Assembly (NCBI RefSeq): GCF_964204645.1
Contig: NC_134034.1
Coordinates: 5,678,914 to 5,742,913, forward strand
Source of the DNA: Tubulanus polymorphus
Taxonomy: Eukaryota; Animalia; Nemertea
Direction of reading: 5' to 3'
DNA: 64,000 nt
Under the pieces are notes generated by a model. The model was given only the letters and a program-made list of their open reading frames with translations, did not search any database and was not told where the DNA came from. A program made the translations under genes and the position numbers. This document shows positions 23,824-37,708 of this stretch, piece after piece. Each line of letters begins with the position of its first letter. Within the stretch, counting starts at the first letter, position 1.

Positions 23824-24671
23824 TAGTCAGTAACCTGTCTGTGGTTTAGTTTCACAATCGGATATTTTCACAAACCACAGTCAGGAATGGGAAGGTCATT
23901 TTTGTATGAAATCTTCGTCAGCCAATTTGACTGACGAGTAATTTGCCTGGCATTTCATTGTCTCTTAAGATATCCGTCTAATTTTTGTAGTAATCGACGC
24001 ACAACAGATTCGTAGTTTGTCTGATACCTATAACACCTCACCTGACGATCTTAATCCATGTGCAAATCGGCCGTGAAGTGAGAGTAAATTTCCGTCGGGT
24101 CAACAGCTGCCATTTTGAAAATTACTGGAGGTGCTGGCACCTGTGGACTGAGGCCACGACAACAGCACAAACTAACGAAGCGAAACGACGAAATTGAAAA
24201 AAATTAAGAAATCAACACTTATTCACATTTTTCTTTTACCAGAATTTATTATTTCTTTATTTATTATGGAAAACACGAAGATTTGAAATATAAGTTGGAA
24301 AACCATCAAAAATAAAAATTGTCGTTTCGTCTTGGAAGTTTTATATAAATCCTTGTAGGTCCCCTTGTCTTATCATGCCACATGTGCAATACAGAGTAAT
24401 GGTGGCCAATGGCGAAATTGGTGGAGAAATTAATTAATTTCTCAAAATAATGTTGATTAACCACTCGAAACATACATAAAATTTGATTATTTCGAAAGGT
24501 ACCTGTGTTAGTTTGTGAATTAAGCCATTAATTGTGGACTGAAGTGAATAGAAAGTATATTTTTGAAGTGTTACTTTTTTCAACCGTGTTTTGGTCCTTG
24601 TCATCCCTAACGTTGGTATAAGCCCATCCGATTATAAAAAAGCTTACCACCAACGATTAGGTAACTAACTA
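23824..24671. mobile_element. 848-bp non-autonomous TIR element with 9-bp TSD
   Basis: TSD CACTGCTCC at 23815-23823 and 24672-24680; TIR TAGTCAGTAACCT versus TAGTTAGTTACCT. Confidence 0.85.
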
Positions 24672-25259
24672 CACTGCTCCCAGTTGCTATCCAATTTCAG
24701 AAAACGATTTATAGATGAGTATCTAGCGACCCTGCGCGAAAGGCATTACTATGAATCGAAAAGGAAGTCCGGAGCAGTGAAAGTCGACGTGATACAGCTG
24801 AGAGACGTGGTTCTGCTACACGACATTGCAGTCATTGCATTGCAATTAACAGGAGTTATATGTTAGACTCTATATGATACTTAAGCGTCAGACGTTGTAG
24901 GGAACCGTAACAATGACTGGTATTCAGACTAAGAAGTAGGAAGGAGAACTTGAAGAAGTTGAAGAAAGAAGGATCTTCCTCCTGGCTCTACACACTTGAT
25001 AGGTAACCATGGAATGGTGCAAACATATTGGCCTAAAAGAGGCTTCAATCATTTAGATTTAGTCTATCTCATATTAAGATGACACCCACCTGAAAACGAT
25101 TTTATCTGCCGCCAATGACGAACGAAGCGAGTGAAATTTCGATTTCCTAACATAATATTACGACACACTGCATAACGACCTTGAAAGAAACAAAACGTAC
25201 TAACGACCGACAATAACCGATGCGTGATTGATGAAACCCTCGCTTGCCAGAGGTAAAAA

Positions 25260-26046
25260 CAGGCGCGGATTCAACTATCGCCAGCACGTGCATCTTCACC
25301 CGTCAAGGGATTCGAACCCACTACGCTAAAGCTGTTCGCCGAACCCCTTGACCTCACGAGTCGTTAGAGTCGTTACTAGCCGACCAGAATCCGGTCGTAC
25401 CAATCACAGCGCTTTTGTAACAAACCGACAGTAGACTTCTGTTTGTTTTCCCGTTAAATGGACCAATCACCGAACGTTTTACCGAACAAGGAAGTATTTC
25501 GCAAATCGATATATGACGTCATGCGCAACAGCGCCAGTAATGAAATCACGCTTCGTGAGGCCAGGGGGCTGGTGGAAGCGAGTTCGGGAGTGATACTGGA
25601 CCCCTGGCAAGCGAGGATGCAGCACGTGCGGTAGTCGCGGTTTTCAGATGCCCTTGAAAAATTTTTGTTTCGGGAAAAAAAGTAAATAAAAGGGCACACA
25701 ATTTGGGAGCCATACAAGAAATAATTGCTTTTCTGTACTAGGTGCAAAATGTGCCAGAAAATAAATTGTCCAAAATCAAAAAAGGCATTCTAAGGCATTT
25801 TCCTTTACTTAAAAGGGCACTATGATAAAGGAGACATTATTGTTGCACTATAAATTCAATCGAAAAAGCGCAAATTTCGCCAAAAATCTAAAAAAGGCAC
25901 AAGCAACGCGAAGGTAAATTTAGTGGCATACCAATAATGACATTCAAACTCAAACTCGCTCGCTGGGCATGAATACTGGCCCTTTTCAAAGTTCGTGCCA
26001 TTTTTTCACTGTGCGTAGTCACTGAATGGCCCTGGATCTGCGCCTG
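25260..26046. mobile_element. Possible MITE
   Basis: Imperfect inverted ends CAGGCGCGGATTCA and TGGATCTGCGCCTG; no clear TSD. Confidence 0.4.
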
Positions 26047-26512
26047 AAAACAAGTAAAAAAAGAGGCAAACTGGTAAAAAATCGCTCAAGCAGCCGCCGC
26101 CCGTGCCGCAATTGTTTAACCATTTTGTGTTCGCAGTGCGCTTCACCCAGTCCTGTAGTGTGGCTGTCTCCTCAGTGATCTACGTTGCTCTACGATCCTT
26201 AGTATGCACCCAGTGTCGAGGCCTGAAAGGCGTCGCAGCTGCCCAATAGATTATTGCATTTCACCGGTTGCCGGGACTGACCAATCGCATGTGCGGTATT
26301 TCAAGAAAGCCTGATACCTACGGTTATTTCTTTAAATCCTCAAAAAATTTGTTGAAATTGCGCACTCCAATGACATACCGGTAGGTATTTAACAAGATTC
26401 CGGCACTAAGATTTTCCCCTAAGCCTGGATGGGGAATTTAAGATCAACTTAACATTTCGAAATATTTTGAGGTCCCCGTATGCTGATGAAAAACTAAACT
26501 TGATACACGAAT

Positions 26513-27603
26513 AACTAGGGTTCCAGGGACGCTCACTTGGGAAGTGGTTTCGAATACTCAACATTCCACAGTTTCAATATTCAACGCCCCCTGGTGGCCA
26601 TATACGAAATCCAATTAGCTTGAAACTTACCACAATCATCGATTATGTCAACAGCTACAACTTTGCTGTGGATTGTGATTACAAAATATGCATAGGTACC
26701 AACATGATACGGAAAAACTAATCTATCGTACTATTCAACGCCTCCTGGTGACCATATACAAAAACCAATGACCTTGAAACTCACCAAAATCATAGAACAT
26801 GCCATGCGCTAAGTATGCAATTGATTGTAGTTATAAAATATGCATAGGTACCAATAGAAGTATAGACAAATTGTATATTATTCAATATTTAACTCCCCCC
26901 GGTGGCAAGAACAAAGAATTGGGTGATCCCAAATTCCAAGTGAGGAGATAAATCCTTTGACTGTGCTAGTAATATCGAATAAGGCTATAAGTTCAGACCT
27001 GCGATTTCTTCAAAAACCATTTTTCCACCTATGAATGAGTACTGATGACACTAAGATGGCCACCGATTGTGTGATAATTGGCGGATCAAGGATACCTGTC
27101 ACATGCACAAAAGATCCCTTTTCATAGAATACCCACCACAAATTGCAATGAAAAATGGCAAGCCATTAGGAAGCTACAGGACTCAGAATTCAGGCCAAAA
27201 TATGTCAATTTTGGCACGAGAAAGGTCACAGGACTGCCATCTTGAGTCCGATCGACCCAATTTTTCTCAAATTTTTCTCATGCTGTTGGGCCCTTCGGTA
27301 CAAATATATATGAAAATCAAGATAATTGATTTTAAAGCGTCTACAAAATTTCCCCTTGAAAAATTAAAAAATGTGAAAAAAGTGCTGATTTGACGAACAA
27401 AAATGGCTGTGAGTCGGCTATTTTTAATCTGACCGAGCCTATTTTTGCCTTGGACTGAAAAAGTGTCTAGGGTAGATACATGTATATACTGAACGTCTTC
27501 AAAACTTCCCAAAATAACTGGACTAGTCCGTCTACGGACGGACAGACTGACGAAAAGTGAACCTAATAGCCCGCTGGGACAAGCCCCAATGTGGGCTAAA
27601 AAA
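26513..27603 (-). mobile_element. DINE/HINE family A copy (diverged)
   Basis: Same termini (CTAG end at 26515, GGGCTAAAA at 27593) and internal tandem units as the other copies. Confidence 0.85.
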
Positions 27604-28819
27604 TACCGGAATACGGTGCCAGACATTAGTGATTGCAATATGATATAATATTACAGATGTCACGGAAATCGTACTGTAACGAAAGTGTGCACGGATCACG
27701 ACGCGGTTTCGTTGTAGTTTGATAGCCGGAACCCGGTTACAGCGAGTGTGCCATGAAACGTGGCCGATTGTGTTTAAGTAGCGTAGGGAGCATTTAATTC
27801 TCTTGCGAGGCTGAAAAAACTTAATCGCTACCGCGATGCTCCTCTCGCTTCTCCCGTCGAGGCTCACTTTTACACAAACTCTGGCAGCAAACCATGGTCT
27901 ATAACATTGCCAAAGATTTCTTTAGCGGACAGGTTGCCGCTTAGCGGGTTTCAGGGTGGAGGAGCTCGGGTTTATGGGTTTATGTTGCGGCGTGAGCAAA
28001 CCCTGGCAAGCGAGGATGTGCTGTTATAGTAACTGTGTGAGGGAGGCTGAGTCACATCTCCCGCATGAGGTAAGCAGACCCTGGCAAGCGAAATGTCGGT
28101 AAATATTATATTGTTTGTGGAATTAAACTATGAGGTCTCAATCTCAACTGTTTTTAGATAAACACGGTACCGGTAGCCTAGATTTACCGTGTGTGCCATT
28201 TCGGCGCCGAGAGGTCCAGTCGGATCGTCGTACTGCAGCGGGCCATGAAAAACGGCCACACACAAGTCCACTCCACCGCGATCTGCGTCCAGTGTAGCTG
28301 TGGTGATGGAGATGGCGCCACCAACATGATTATGCCCAGCGTGCAGTGTTCTTATCGGATTGAATTTTTTATTGCATCGTACTCATTGCCGAAACTCTGC
28401 CAAAACCTTCCGAATATGCACATCTAGAAACTTAGGCTACCTGTTTAGATATTTAAAACATGATCCGTCCTGTCGGTGTAGTGATAATAGTATGTGTATT
28501 TCATAAATACCCTTGTTACATTTTTAGAACTTTTTATCTTTATTTTTCTATGTTCTCACTATTGCAAAGTATATTCTCGTATATACTCACTGCTCGCAAC
28601 TCAATTCACTGCCGTCCGGAATTCTCGACTGTAGACTATATGGGGTCTGAAACGTGTGAGCCTCACGGCGTTTTGTACTGCATACATATCTGCGCTTAGA
28701 TATCGCAATAAATCACTTTTCCATAACCCTGGGATAAGAACTGTCGCAATTCTCTGGAGGTTGGGCGCGAGCAGCAGTACAGATCGAATGGCGGGCATGC
28801 CGTTAGCATAAACGTCTAT

Positions 28820-28945
28820 AATAAGATGAAACCCACTATGTATAAATTAAAAGTATTTTAAAATCGAGAATTTATCAAAAAACTTAAAACACACGACGTT
28901 TCCATCTCATCCTAGAGATCATCGCCACAGGTGTGAGATTATAAC
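28820..28945 (-). repeat. Penelope-like terminal repeat fragment with a degenerate hammerhead
   Basis: Reverse-complement homologue of 51385-51515; the core reads CUGUGGCGA instead of CUGACGA. Confidence 0.6.
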
Positions 28946-31900
28946 TAAAAGTGAGAGGTATATATACAGAGGAGAACAGGTTAATTGAGTAAATTAGCTT
29001 CTAATTAGATTAGATAGGTTAAATTAACGTCGATAATTCAATTTTTGTGAGATGATTCAATCATGCTGATATAGTTAAAAATTTCCTCGACCAATTCGAA
29101 TATAAGTCGATGATAAAACAATTGATTTTCTGCAGTAGGCCTATACATTTTGATTGACTTTTTTGATCTCATGAGCATATATTCACATGAACCCAAAACT
29201 CGTCGATGTGGTTTAAAACCATCGATTGTATATTATTTCCGTAACCAATGTGAAAGGATTGGGCTCAGTTGAATCAAAGATAAAATGATTTTTTTTCAAT
29301 ACTGAACATTATAATTATTATGCCAACGTAGGAAATGAAGTAGTTTTCGCAAACGACTGAATCTTTTCATTCGCCTGATATATGCTGGAATTAATCGAAG
29401 AAGTCCCACAATTCGAATTCTATATGATAAAATTCATTATTTTGAAACCACAATGTTTCGGCTGTTGACTAACAGTCATATTACCGTACAGCAGGTGGAG
29501 TGTTCTATAGCAGCCGAAAAGTTGTCGTTTCAAAACAATGAATTTTATCATATAGAATTGTAACCGCACTTGCCTAAAATAAAAACTATGCCACCGTGCG
29601 GGCATGAGTCCAGAACAGCAAATAAAAAAACCAGTAATTCGTAGATTATATATATATATGGAAGATAAGTAATTTATTAAGTCTATAATTCAAAAAAACA
29701 AAATAACTAAGGTACTTAGAAAAAAATGAAAATAAACAGGGCCCTTTTTACGAAACTTAGATCAGAAAAATAAAAATCAAATCAAATTAAATTAGCTTAA
29801 ATGTAAGTCAATGATCAATTAAAGTTCTTTTTCTTCAAAAGTTTATAAATTTTAACTTAGCGTCGCTCCAAAAAGATCGCCCTGTCGCTCCTCGAAATTG
29901 TTCGCTGCGCTGCTCCCGAAATAGTTCGCTGTGGTTCCTTTTGCTGCCAAAAATCTGTAGTAATTGTTGATCTGTGATTCCCAAATTTTTAAACGTTTGC
30001 TGAATGCGTCGTATCTGTCGAATTTATAATTTGCACGTCACGCAAATTTCACTGATAATGAAAGTCCGCTGGTGGTACGCGGAGTTTGGTACGCGGAAAA
30101 AAAACAGTTTTACTTAACAATGTTTTTTATCACCAAGCTGGTTAAACTTCTGTGGCCGTAAAACTTTAACTACCACTAATAACAAGTGTTCTTCCGAATC
30201 ACTTTCGAATCACGAACACAACTCCGTAATGATTAAAATTCAATCCCGTTAGAAGTTCTCCAACAGTAAAAAAAGTTTGTGACGATTATGACAACTGCCA
30301 CAATAGATTTCTTATATAAATTACGTATCAAGTTTTACTAGTTGTAAAAACTCAAAAATTGCAGGAGAGCTCGAGTTGAGCTTCCTCCTATCTCGAAATC
30401 TCAAAAGCGTCTCCTCTCTCTCCAAACTATCCACGCCCAACTTCCTGCAGGGGCTCCCTTCTCTCTCTCAAAGATCCATTCAAGTAAAAAATTAGATAGT
30501 TTATCCCCTAAAATGGTGAAAAAGAACTTACCCAAAATAAAACTAATGTATTTAACTCCCGCCACATAAATGTGAAATCCTAATATTCCTCTTTATATAA
30601 GAAAAATGAATTCTTAATGAGATTAAAATAATTGAAATTCTTGTGAACCCCATAGCTTCCGGTAAAAATTGCATCAGCAAATACGTGTCAAAATTCACAT
30701 CTCATAATAATTAGCACCAAGGTTACATGAGCCAGCGACCTCATAAATCTTGAATATGTTTAAACTAGTGAACTAAATTCAGCAAATGCCTGTTATGAAA
30801 ACTAGACAACACGAACCAACAGATTTTACATTTAACTTTAAGATCAAACATTTATTGATAAAAAAAATTGGATATAACGTAAGGACTTTAAGGAAATATA
30901 TATAAAACCGACAACAGGCTGTTCCAACTAAAATGATGGGACCCCCCATAGTGGTGGCTACAGAATTAATTCCCGCATATATCAGGCGAATGGATAGATT
31001 TATTTTTTGGCGAAATGACTTATGGGTCATAAATGACCCGGCCGCTGTGGAGAAACAAGGTATCATTTCTGTTTAGTCTTAGTGAATAACTACGCAACGC
31101 AAAATTGTTTTCATCGCAAATGGTCTCACAAGACAAATCATCATCCACGCAGTCTTGCGTGACGTTGGTGAATAAGATCTCCCTTGACTGGTTATGCTAA
31201 CGCACATACGTTCAACGATATTTAGATGAGTTAATTCTTGTGATGGGGTGTCGTACCGTGGACATATAAACTGGTTCAGCTATCGCAATATTCGGCCCTA
31301 ACTAGCTCGTATATTTGGTTGACAGTTGCACTGGTCGTTTCAGAAAGAGGATTCTCAATTGCATCCCGGATGTATGTTCTATACGGTCCGTCATTCTAAG
31401 TTATTCATTCTGTTTCAGGTCCTTTTACTTTCAATTATCGGTATTTATTCTGTATAATATTCACACTTAGATTATGATACGTGTAATTTAGTGAATATGT
31501 ATGTAACAACTATGGGATTCCAGGAAATGAATTAATTGAGCCAACTCATGCTTAAACGAAGTTCTACCGGCTAAGTGATCATATTCTAGCGGGAACATAA
31601 TTTTCTAATTCCGGACCAAACCGGTATGGAAAACTAGTGGAAACAAGGCGTTTTTATTTGAGCAACTCGCGACGTCGCCGTCAAATGTTCCATTTATTTA
31701 ACCAAGTACCCGGCTCATCTATTTAGTCGAGTCACCAATGCAAGTATCATACGCAGCCAACTCGTCCGTACAGGCGAGTGGTTCGCGTTTCAAGATGGCG
31801 CCTATGACGAGTGTTCGTCGATAGATCAAAAGACTAAATGGCGGCCTTTTCAGTCGCAGATAAATCAGGTGTCGGAAGTGTCATTTATTTAAGGCGATTC

Positions 31901-32698
31901 GATTTGATCCACGTGATCATAACGCGGCTGTCTAACCGAGTTGCTTATATAAAAACACGCATTCGTCACTGGAGAATGTTTAACAGTCGTTTCATTTCGT
32001 GGGAGTTATGCAATGGTATGTTCAAGTTCGTCCGGGGTCATGTTGTCGGAGCTGAGCATTCGCCAGGGGCGGATCTAGATTTGAACGAAGGTCTTGGTCC
32101 GAAATAAGGAGCATTTCAAAATAAAGCACTTCAAAACAGCAAGCCGAAGTCCCTGAGTGGGGGTCCCCTTCGACGATTCGAAATTTGTGAATAAATCACG
32201 TGAAGTGTATGATTTACCAGTATCAGAGCAACGAGAATGTCAAATCCAAATGTTGGGCCAGAACTTCTGAACTGCATGTCCTGATAGATCATACAAATCA
32301 TACTGGTATGATTTTACCAGAACATTTATTTAAGGCATACGATGACTTCGTTAGAAAATTGTTTTTCAAGCAAATACTAGTTACCGCGCTTTAATTTCCT
32401 ACGCTGTTTTCTTCGAATACAAGAGTTTACACTCTGCATTGATGGAACCCGCGTTCGCATAAACCCGTGTTCCATGCAGCGTTCGGCACAATTGACCTTA
32501 AACTTGCGGATGTCGATTCTCACTACCGAAACTGCGTTTAGACGCTGCTCTCTGGGAACGCGGCGTGTTTTCGCCGAACCCACGTAAATCGAAATCCTAG
32601 TTCAACTAACGTGCTACTCCAGCATACATTTTTTCCCGGACAGACTTATTTTGTCAATTTGCCAATTATTCTGTGGACGTTATATGGACGACCCCTAA

Positions 32699-33144
32699 GG
32701 GAGCGTCAAGAAATTAGTACCTCAGAATCTCCCGTTTTTCTGACCCCCTTGTACCACATTTGTACCAAATTCACTGACCCCTTCATAGGTACGTACCATG
32801 GTAGCCATGACCACCCCCACCCCCAATGATGCAAAGAACACAAATCAAAATATAAACACCTGATTCCAACAAGTGCGTGTAAGATCGATACCAGTACCTG
32901 GTATGGGGAATTCCCATTTGAAGTCTACTACAAGTCACTTGAACAAGTCACTAAAAGCCGATAGAACACCAGTATCGGCTATTTTAATTTTTGAGTTTGG
33001 TGCATAAAGTACGTACCAAGATTGATTAATACCCCCTCCCTCAAAGTGTACCTTTTTGCCGACCCCCCTCCCCTAATACCACTTTGTACCAAAATTCAGT
33101 AACCCCCTCCCCCAATTAGAGGTACGTAATTTTTGGACGCTCCC
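32699..33144. mobile_element. PIF/Harbinger-type MITE
   Basis: TIR GGGAGCGTC / GACGCTCCC with a TAA TSD on both sides (32696-32698, 33145-33147). Confidence 0.8.
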
Positions 33145-35041
33145 TAATCAAAGGAACTTCGCAGTATACTAGGTCACCGGTGGTCTGAGCTGATGAACAA
33201 TTTTGTATTAACCGCTTCACAACAAAACTGTACCGTATATTTATGGCTATGGCTATATAGCTATCATATCCAGGAAAATTTAGGGTAGCCTATTTTCCTG
33301 ATATAATCACTAAACAAGACCCAAGGGCATCGAAACCAGGGTTATGATATGATACGTTTCCGCTTCGAGTTTAAATGCGGAAGTTAATTCAAGATATTGC
33401 TGGTAGATTCGAATTCTTCGATAATACGTCATCTGTCAAGGTGGTGTAGGTCATCAAATACAGTTGAGCAATAAAACCGTAGTATAGTGTTTGTTTGTCA
33501 CATAAAGAACATACGCGCAGGCAATGCATATGCACAGGGTGTCTTTTCAATTCGTTTACATTAAAAACGTTTTGCCTATTTTGTTACATTCAATCTGTGA
33601 CTGCTATTAGATTATGGTTTTATGAACGTGCTGGAAGGTAAACAATAGAGGAAGGTAGGTTTGGTGGTGTGTATATCTTGCTTCAAGGCAGCTGTTGAGT
33701 GAAACTGCACCCATCTAAACATACTATATGCCGAATCATGAATATGCATCTGTAATATTCATATGGTACAAAATGAATAGTAAGACTTTGTTATAATAGA
33801 TACACGTGAATATATGTATACGTGTGTGAGAGTATCTTCAAATATTGCATTTGAAAAATGGCGCTCTGAACGTGCTTTGGGCTCGATTGAAATACCTTTT
33901 CGCGTTAGTAGCCTCGATGCCAATGGCGCATTCACGAGAACAATTTCATCAGTAAGTTTTCGCTTTTTGAGACATTTCACATAATATCTAATTTAGTTCG
34001 TGCATTATAAGGCCAACCATACTAGGAAATAACATTTGCTAAGATGACATGAAATTGTTCTGGTAGGATAATAATGCACGTCATCTTCTTGGAATGAAAA
34101 CTTGCCTTGCGCTGAAAAATTTTGTCAACAGTGTGCAACGTCGAATTAATCGTAGGCCTACTTGGTAACGTCTCATTGTGTGAATGACTGGGATTTTAAT
34201 AAAAATTCATTGATAAGTTCGTGACGAAGTTTTCAAGCCAAGCGATAGTTTGTGGTATCCTTACTCCAAATAACATTTTCACTTGGCCCGCCAATTATCC
34301 TATAGACTCCGTTTTAGATTGAAATCCATTGCCCACTTATTCTACAGATTATTTTCGGAACACCCGGGCTACAAAAAAGAAACAACTTCCATTCAATTTG
34401 ACACACAGGACAAGCGTTCCAGTTTAAAATAGTCGATTGATAGAGAATGCAAATTTTCAAACCTCCTTGCATTGGTCGATTGGTCAATGGTCGTTATACC
34501 GAATGTAACCTCGACCACAATTTTTAAAAAGAATTAACTCAATTACTGCTCGTACCACCGCCGTTAAGATTGATCAAAGATACGGCACATTTTACTAGAA
34601 TGAATATCGTGCCCTATTTCATATATTTGCCACCTACTTGCTTCAAATGGAATGCGTCCCTCCATAAACCATAGCAAACGTTTGCTGCTATATGTTTAGA
34701 GAATCAAGTAGCACTTATTCGTAAAAATGTATGTTATGTTGATATAGTGAGGTTTTTCTCTCGAGAAACTGACAATAGATGCGTTGGCCAAACAATGATA
34801 AATTACGAGGAGAGACGGAGGGGTGGATCTAGGAAGGGGGGCTTCCCATTGGGGTTGCCACTGTCTTCGTTGAAAATATTTTTTACCTAGTTTCTTTAAA
34901 CAATGAATAAGTTACACCAATAGCTATACCATGTTACACAAAATGACAAAATATATAATTGATTTCTACAAGTACATGTATATATAAAAGGTAAAATAAC
35001 AGCAGGGCAACCAGGAAGAAGGCAAGCAGAGCTTGTTATAT

Positions 35042-36616
35042 CGGTTGTAGGTAAAAATCCCCAAGGTAAAAATCCCCAAATATCCAATGTAGGTAAAAAT
35101 CCCCACTTGGTGATATTCAAGAACGTTTCAAAAGCGAGATGTTTCTCCAATTTTATCAATTTGCAATAAGACTGAAATATATCTGATCTGTGAAATGAAA
35201 TCTTTGTCGTGATGAATTCTTAAGTAAACTCTTAGAATTAATAAGTAAAATGAACCTTTTACAACCGAACTGGAATATTTTTGAACTGTGAACTCTTGTT
35301 AAATTGTGGTATAATTTAGCTGTGCGATGCCATGAATTATTAGTAATAATGAACTTTTAATTTTGAATATTTTAGATGCAAGGTTACTAACATATTTGAA
35401 ATGTGCGATGAACCCTTTCATTAAGCTGTGGGCCCAAGTCGGATATAGCATAGTATAGTGCCTTGGCGTAGAGTTAATAAGTTGTGCGGTTAATGTATCA
35501 GCGCATTAATACATTGGCGCATGAATATATTGATAATTGGGTATTAATGCGCAGCAAAGGAACAGTTCATGTACAGGTTGACCGACGACTAGTGACAGTT
35601 TACTAGTACTGTTGGTTGTTTGTTGGTTGGCCCATTGAAGAGATGATAGAGTGCATATCTCACCTGCTGGTTGACGGTCGACGGATGACACCATGCAATG
35701 TTGTCGCCAATTTATGTACAAGGATCGTGGTGACAAAAATGAGAGACGATAGAGCGCATAGACCTATCATCCGCTAGTTGACGGTCGACGGACGACACGT
35801 CGCAATGTTGTCGCCAATGTATGTACAAGCATCGTGGGTTGACTGGTTGACGGGTGACCACAAAACACAAACAAACAAGAGAAGTAAATCTAAACCGAAA
35901 CAGTAAACTATAAGCATCAGCTGCGAAAGTTTCATTTTTGATTTTGAAAAAAAGAGCCAGCACGCATCGACGTCGTTCTGTAGCAATGTGAACAATGCCA
36001 TATTTCACCGTCCTCACGTTTTTTTTTTGGGAGGCGCATCTCACGATGACAGTGATGAAAAAAAATAATGAATCTCCCGTGAATTTGAATGCTTAACCGT
36101 GTTGAAACTAATATCAGAGAACTGGAATTGACTAAAGAAAAATAGAAATGCAATTTGTATTTTAAGTATGGGGTTTATCATGTGTTTGGTCACGTGATGT
36201 GTTTGGTGTATGAGGTTAAGAGATCGTTAATAGTTAATTTGTCGTTGACACATGGAATGTTAATGGCTGGCGATGTGAATGTGTCGACATGACAACTTTC
36301 TTTGGGTTACACATAAACCGTACAACGCGCATACGCGAAGGAACTATACTATGCAATACCCTACTTGAGCCAAGCTGTGCGATAACTTTAAGTACTAATT
36401 TAGTATAAATGAACTGTCAATTTGTAGTATGTTTTAATGCGCAAATAGTATTGTTTGTGTGCTTGTGATATCCTATGGTCTTCCACAGTGAAATATGAAT
36501 AAATTGGACTCCATTTTAAAGGAGGGGGATTTTACCTACGTTGAAGAATTGGGGATTTTTACCGAGGGGATTTTATCCTTGGGGATTTTTACCCGGGGGA
36601 CTTTTACCGCTAACCG
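35042..36616. mobile_element. Non-autonomous TIR element with repeated subterminal GGTAAAAATCCCC motifs
   Basis: CGGTT...AACCG ends; 3 motif copies on the left and 4-5 inverted copies on the right; internal duplication of about 107 bp near 35647-35838; TSD not evident. Confidence 0.6.
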
Positions 36617-37708
36617 GATACCGCATGCTCTTAATTTGTTATAGATCGACTTTAGCACTAATATGGTCCTAAATCTAAGCCGCGTGTGCAAACTGACCCC
36701 ATGATAACCACTCTCTTCGACCATCGCAATGGTTGACGATCTATCGCGTAACAGTTGCTTTGACCAATTGATTTGCTGTCAGGGTACTCGAATAGAATCA
36801 TATCAAATCCATTTTAAGATATTTCATCTCCATACGTAAATAATTACGGCCAGGTCAAACTCAAACAGCTGAGAATCATCCCACACCATTTTTGTTTTTT
36901 TTTAATGCTGGCGGATATGGGAGTTCGAAGAGATAGTGATCCTTTGCGGAAGACGCCTCGTGTGTTAAATGTCACGGTCGCAGTATGAAATTATCTACTA
37001 CACCACAGAGTGTCATGAAGCACGGGTCTTCATTACAATCTTAAATCTTTCACAGGCGGGTTAACGCAATAACCACGACTAATGATAACAAATACTTATT
37101 TCGGTGAAAAGATACAAATCAATTAGAAATTCTAGTGATCTGCCGATAATCTTTAAAGTACATATAGTAAAGGCCTACAAACAACTGGCTTCCGTTAAAG
37201 TGCATATCACCCCATCTGCAATGATGAGTCCATTGTGACCATACACAGCATACTCTCGCATGTTAGCGCTCAGTTGTAGTTGAAAATGATAATTGCTAAC
37301 GTAAAGACCGCTAGTCGATATAAATCGGGGATTTAAATGTAAGATGATGGATCTTAGATATAGCAAACAACGAAATATAAACTCCCCGATCTCGAGAGTA
37401 AATCGAGGTCGCGGTCAAACGGAGATAAACTAATGAGCAATGTCCATATCTCATGTCGACAAGCAACGTATGTTCAGTGTCTCATAAAAACACACATCGC
37501 AATGGACTATTGTTTGTAGATCGAATTAAAAGTAGTTCTGATAGAATCTTTTGGCGGTAGGCTAAATATCGTTCTGGTCTCTGTATTTATCATGCCGCCG
37601 ATAAGTTGTTGAATTATCCGTAAACCGTAGAAACAATATTCTTTCTGTTTGATTTTTGATAGGTTTCTTGGCTATTATTCAGTGCTGTATTTTACTGCAG
37701 GCGATATT

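Larger units (their letters stand above)
14322..24830 (+). pseudogene. Decayed second BEL/Pao pol in four pieces (14322-17231, 18492-18531, 23723-23823, 24681-about 24830)
   Basis: Colinear with the first element: LIGCDH...SNLGCLVSGPL, FGNTSSPF, YVDN, VFCDA, CLFTCCTTRAVHLE, NNRPLTYVGTD | DKLIPITPNQLIY | GHDLEL...FDP...KMQFHCS | QLLSNFRKRFIDEYLATLRERH. Many stops and frameshifts. Confidence 0.9.

Noticed and set aside
17219-24609. A single large GGG...CCC-ended transposon spanning the whole interruption
   Set aside because: No matching TIR or TSD; the region resolves into three separate insertions with BEL/Pao sequence between them
25295-25370. tRNA gene on the minus strand (B-box GGTTCGAATCC)
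   Set aside because: No convincing cloverleaf or acceptor stem; at most a tRNA-derived repeat fragment
28185-28425. GC-rich exon-like segment on the minus strand
   Set aside because: Stops in all frames after the candidate acceptor and no recognisable protein motif
31790-31850. YY1-like AAGATGGCG / AAATGGCGGC motifs as a promoter
   Set aside because: Short motifs that also occur in local repeats; no transcript evidence links them to a gene
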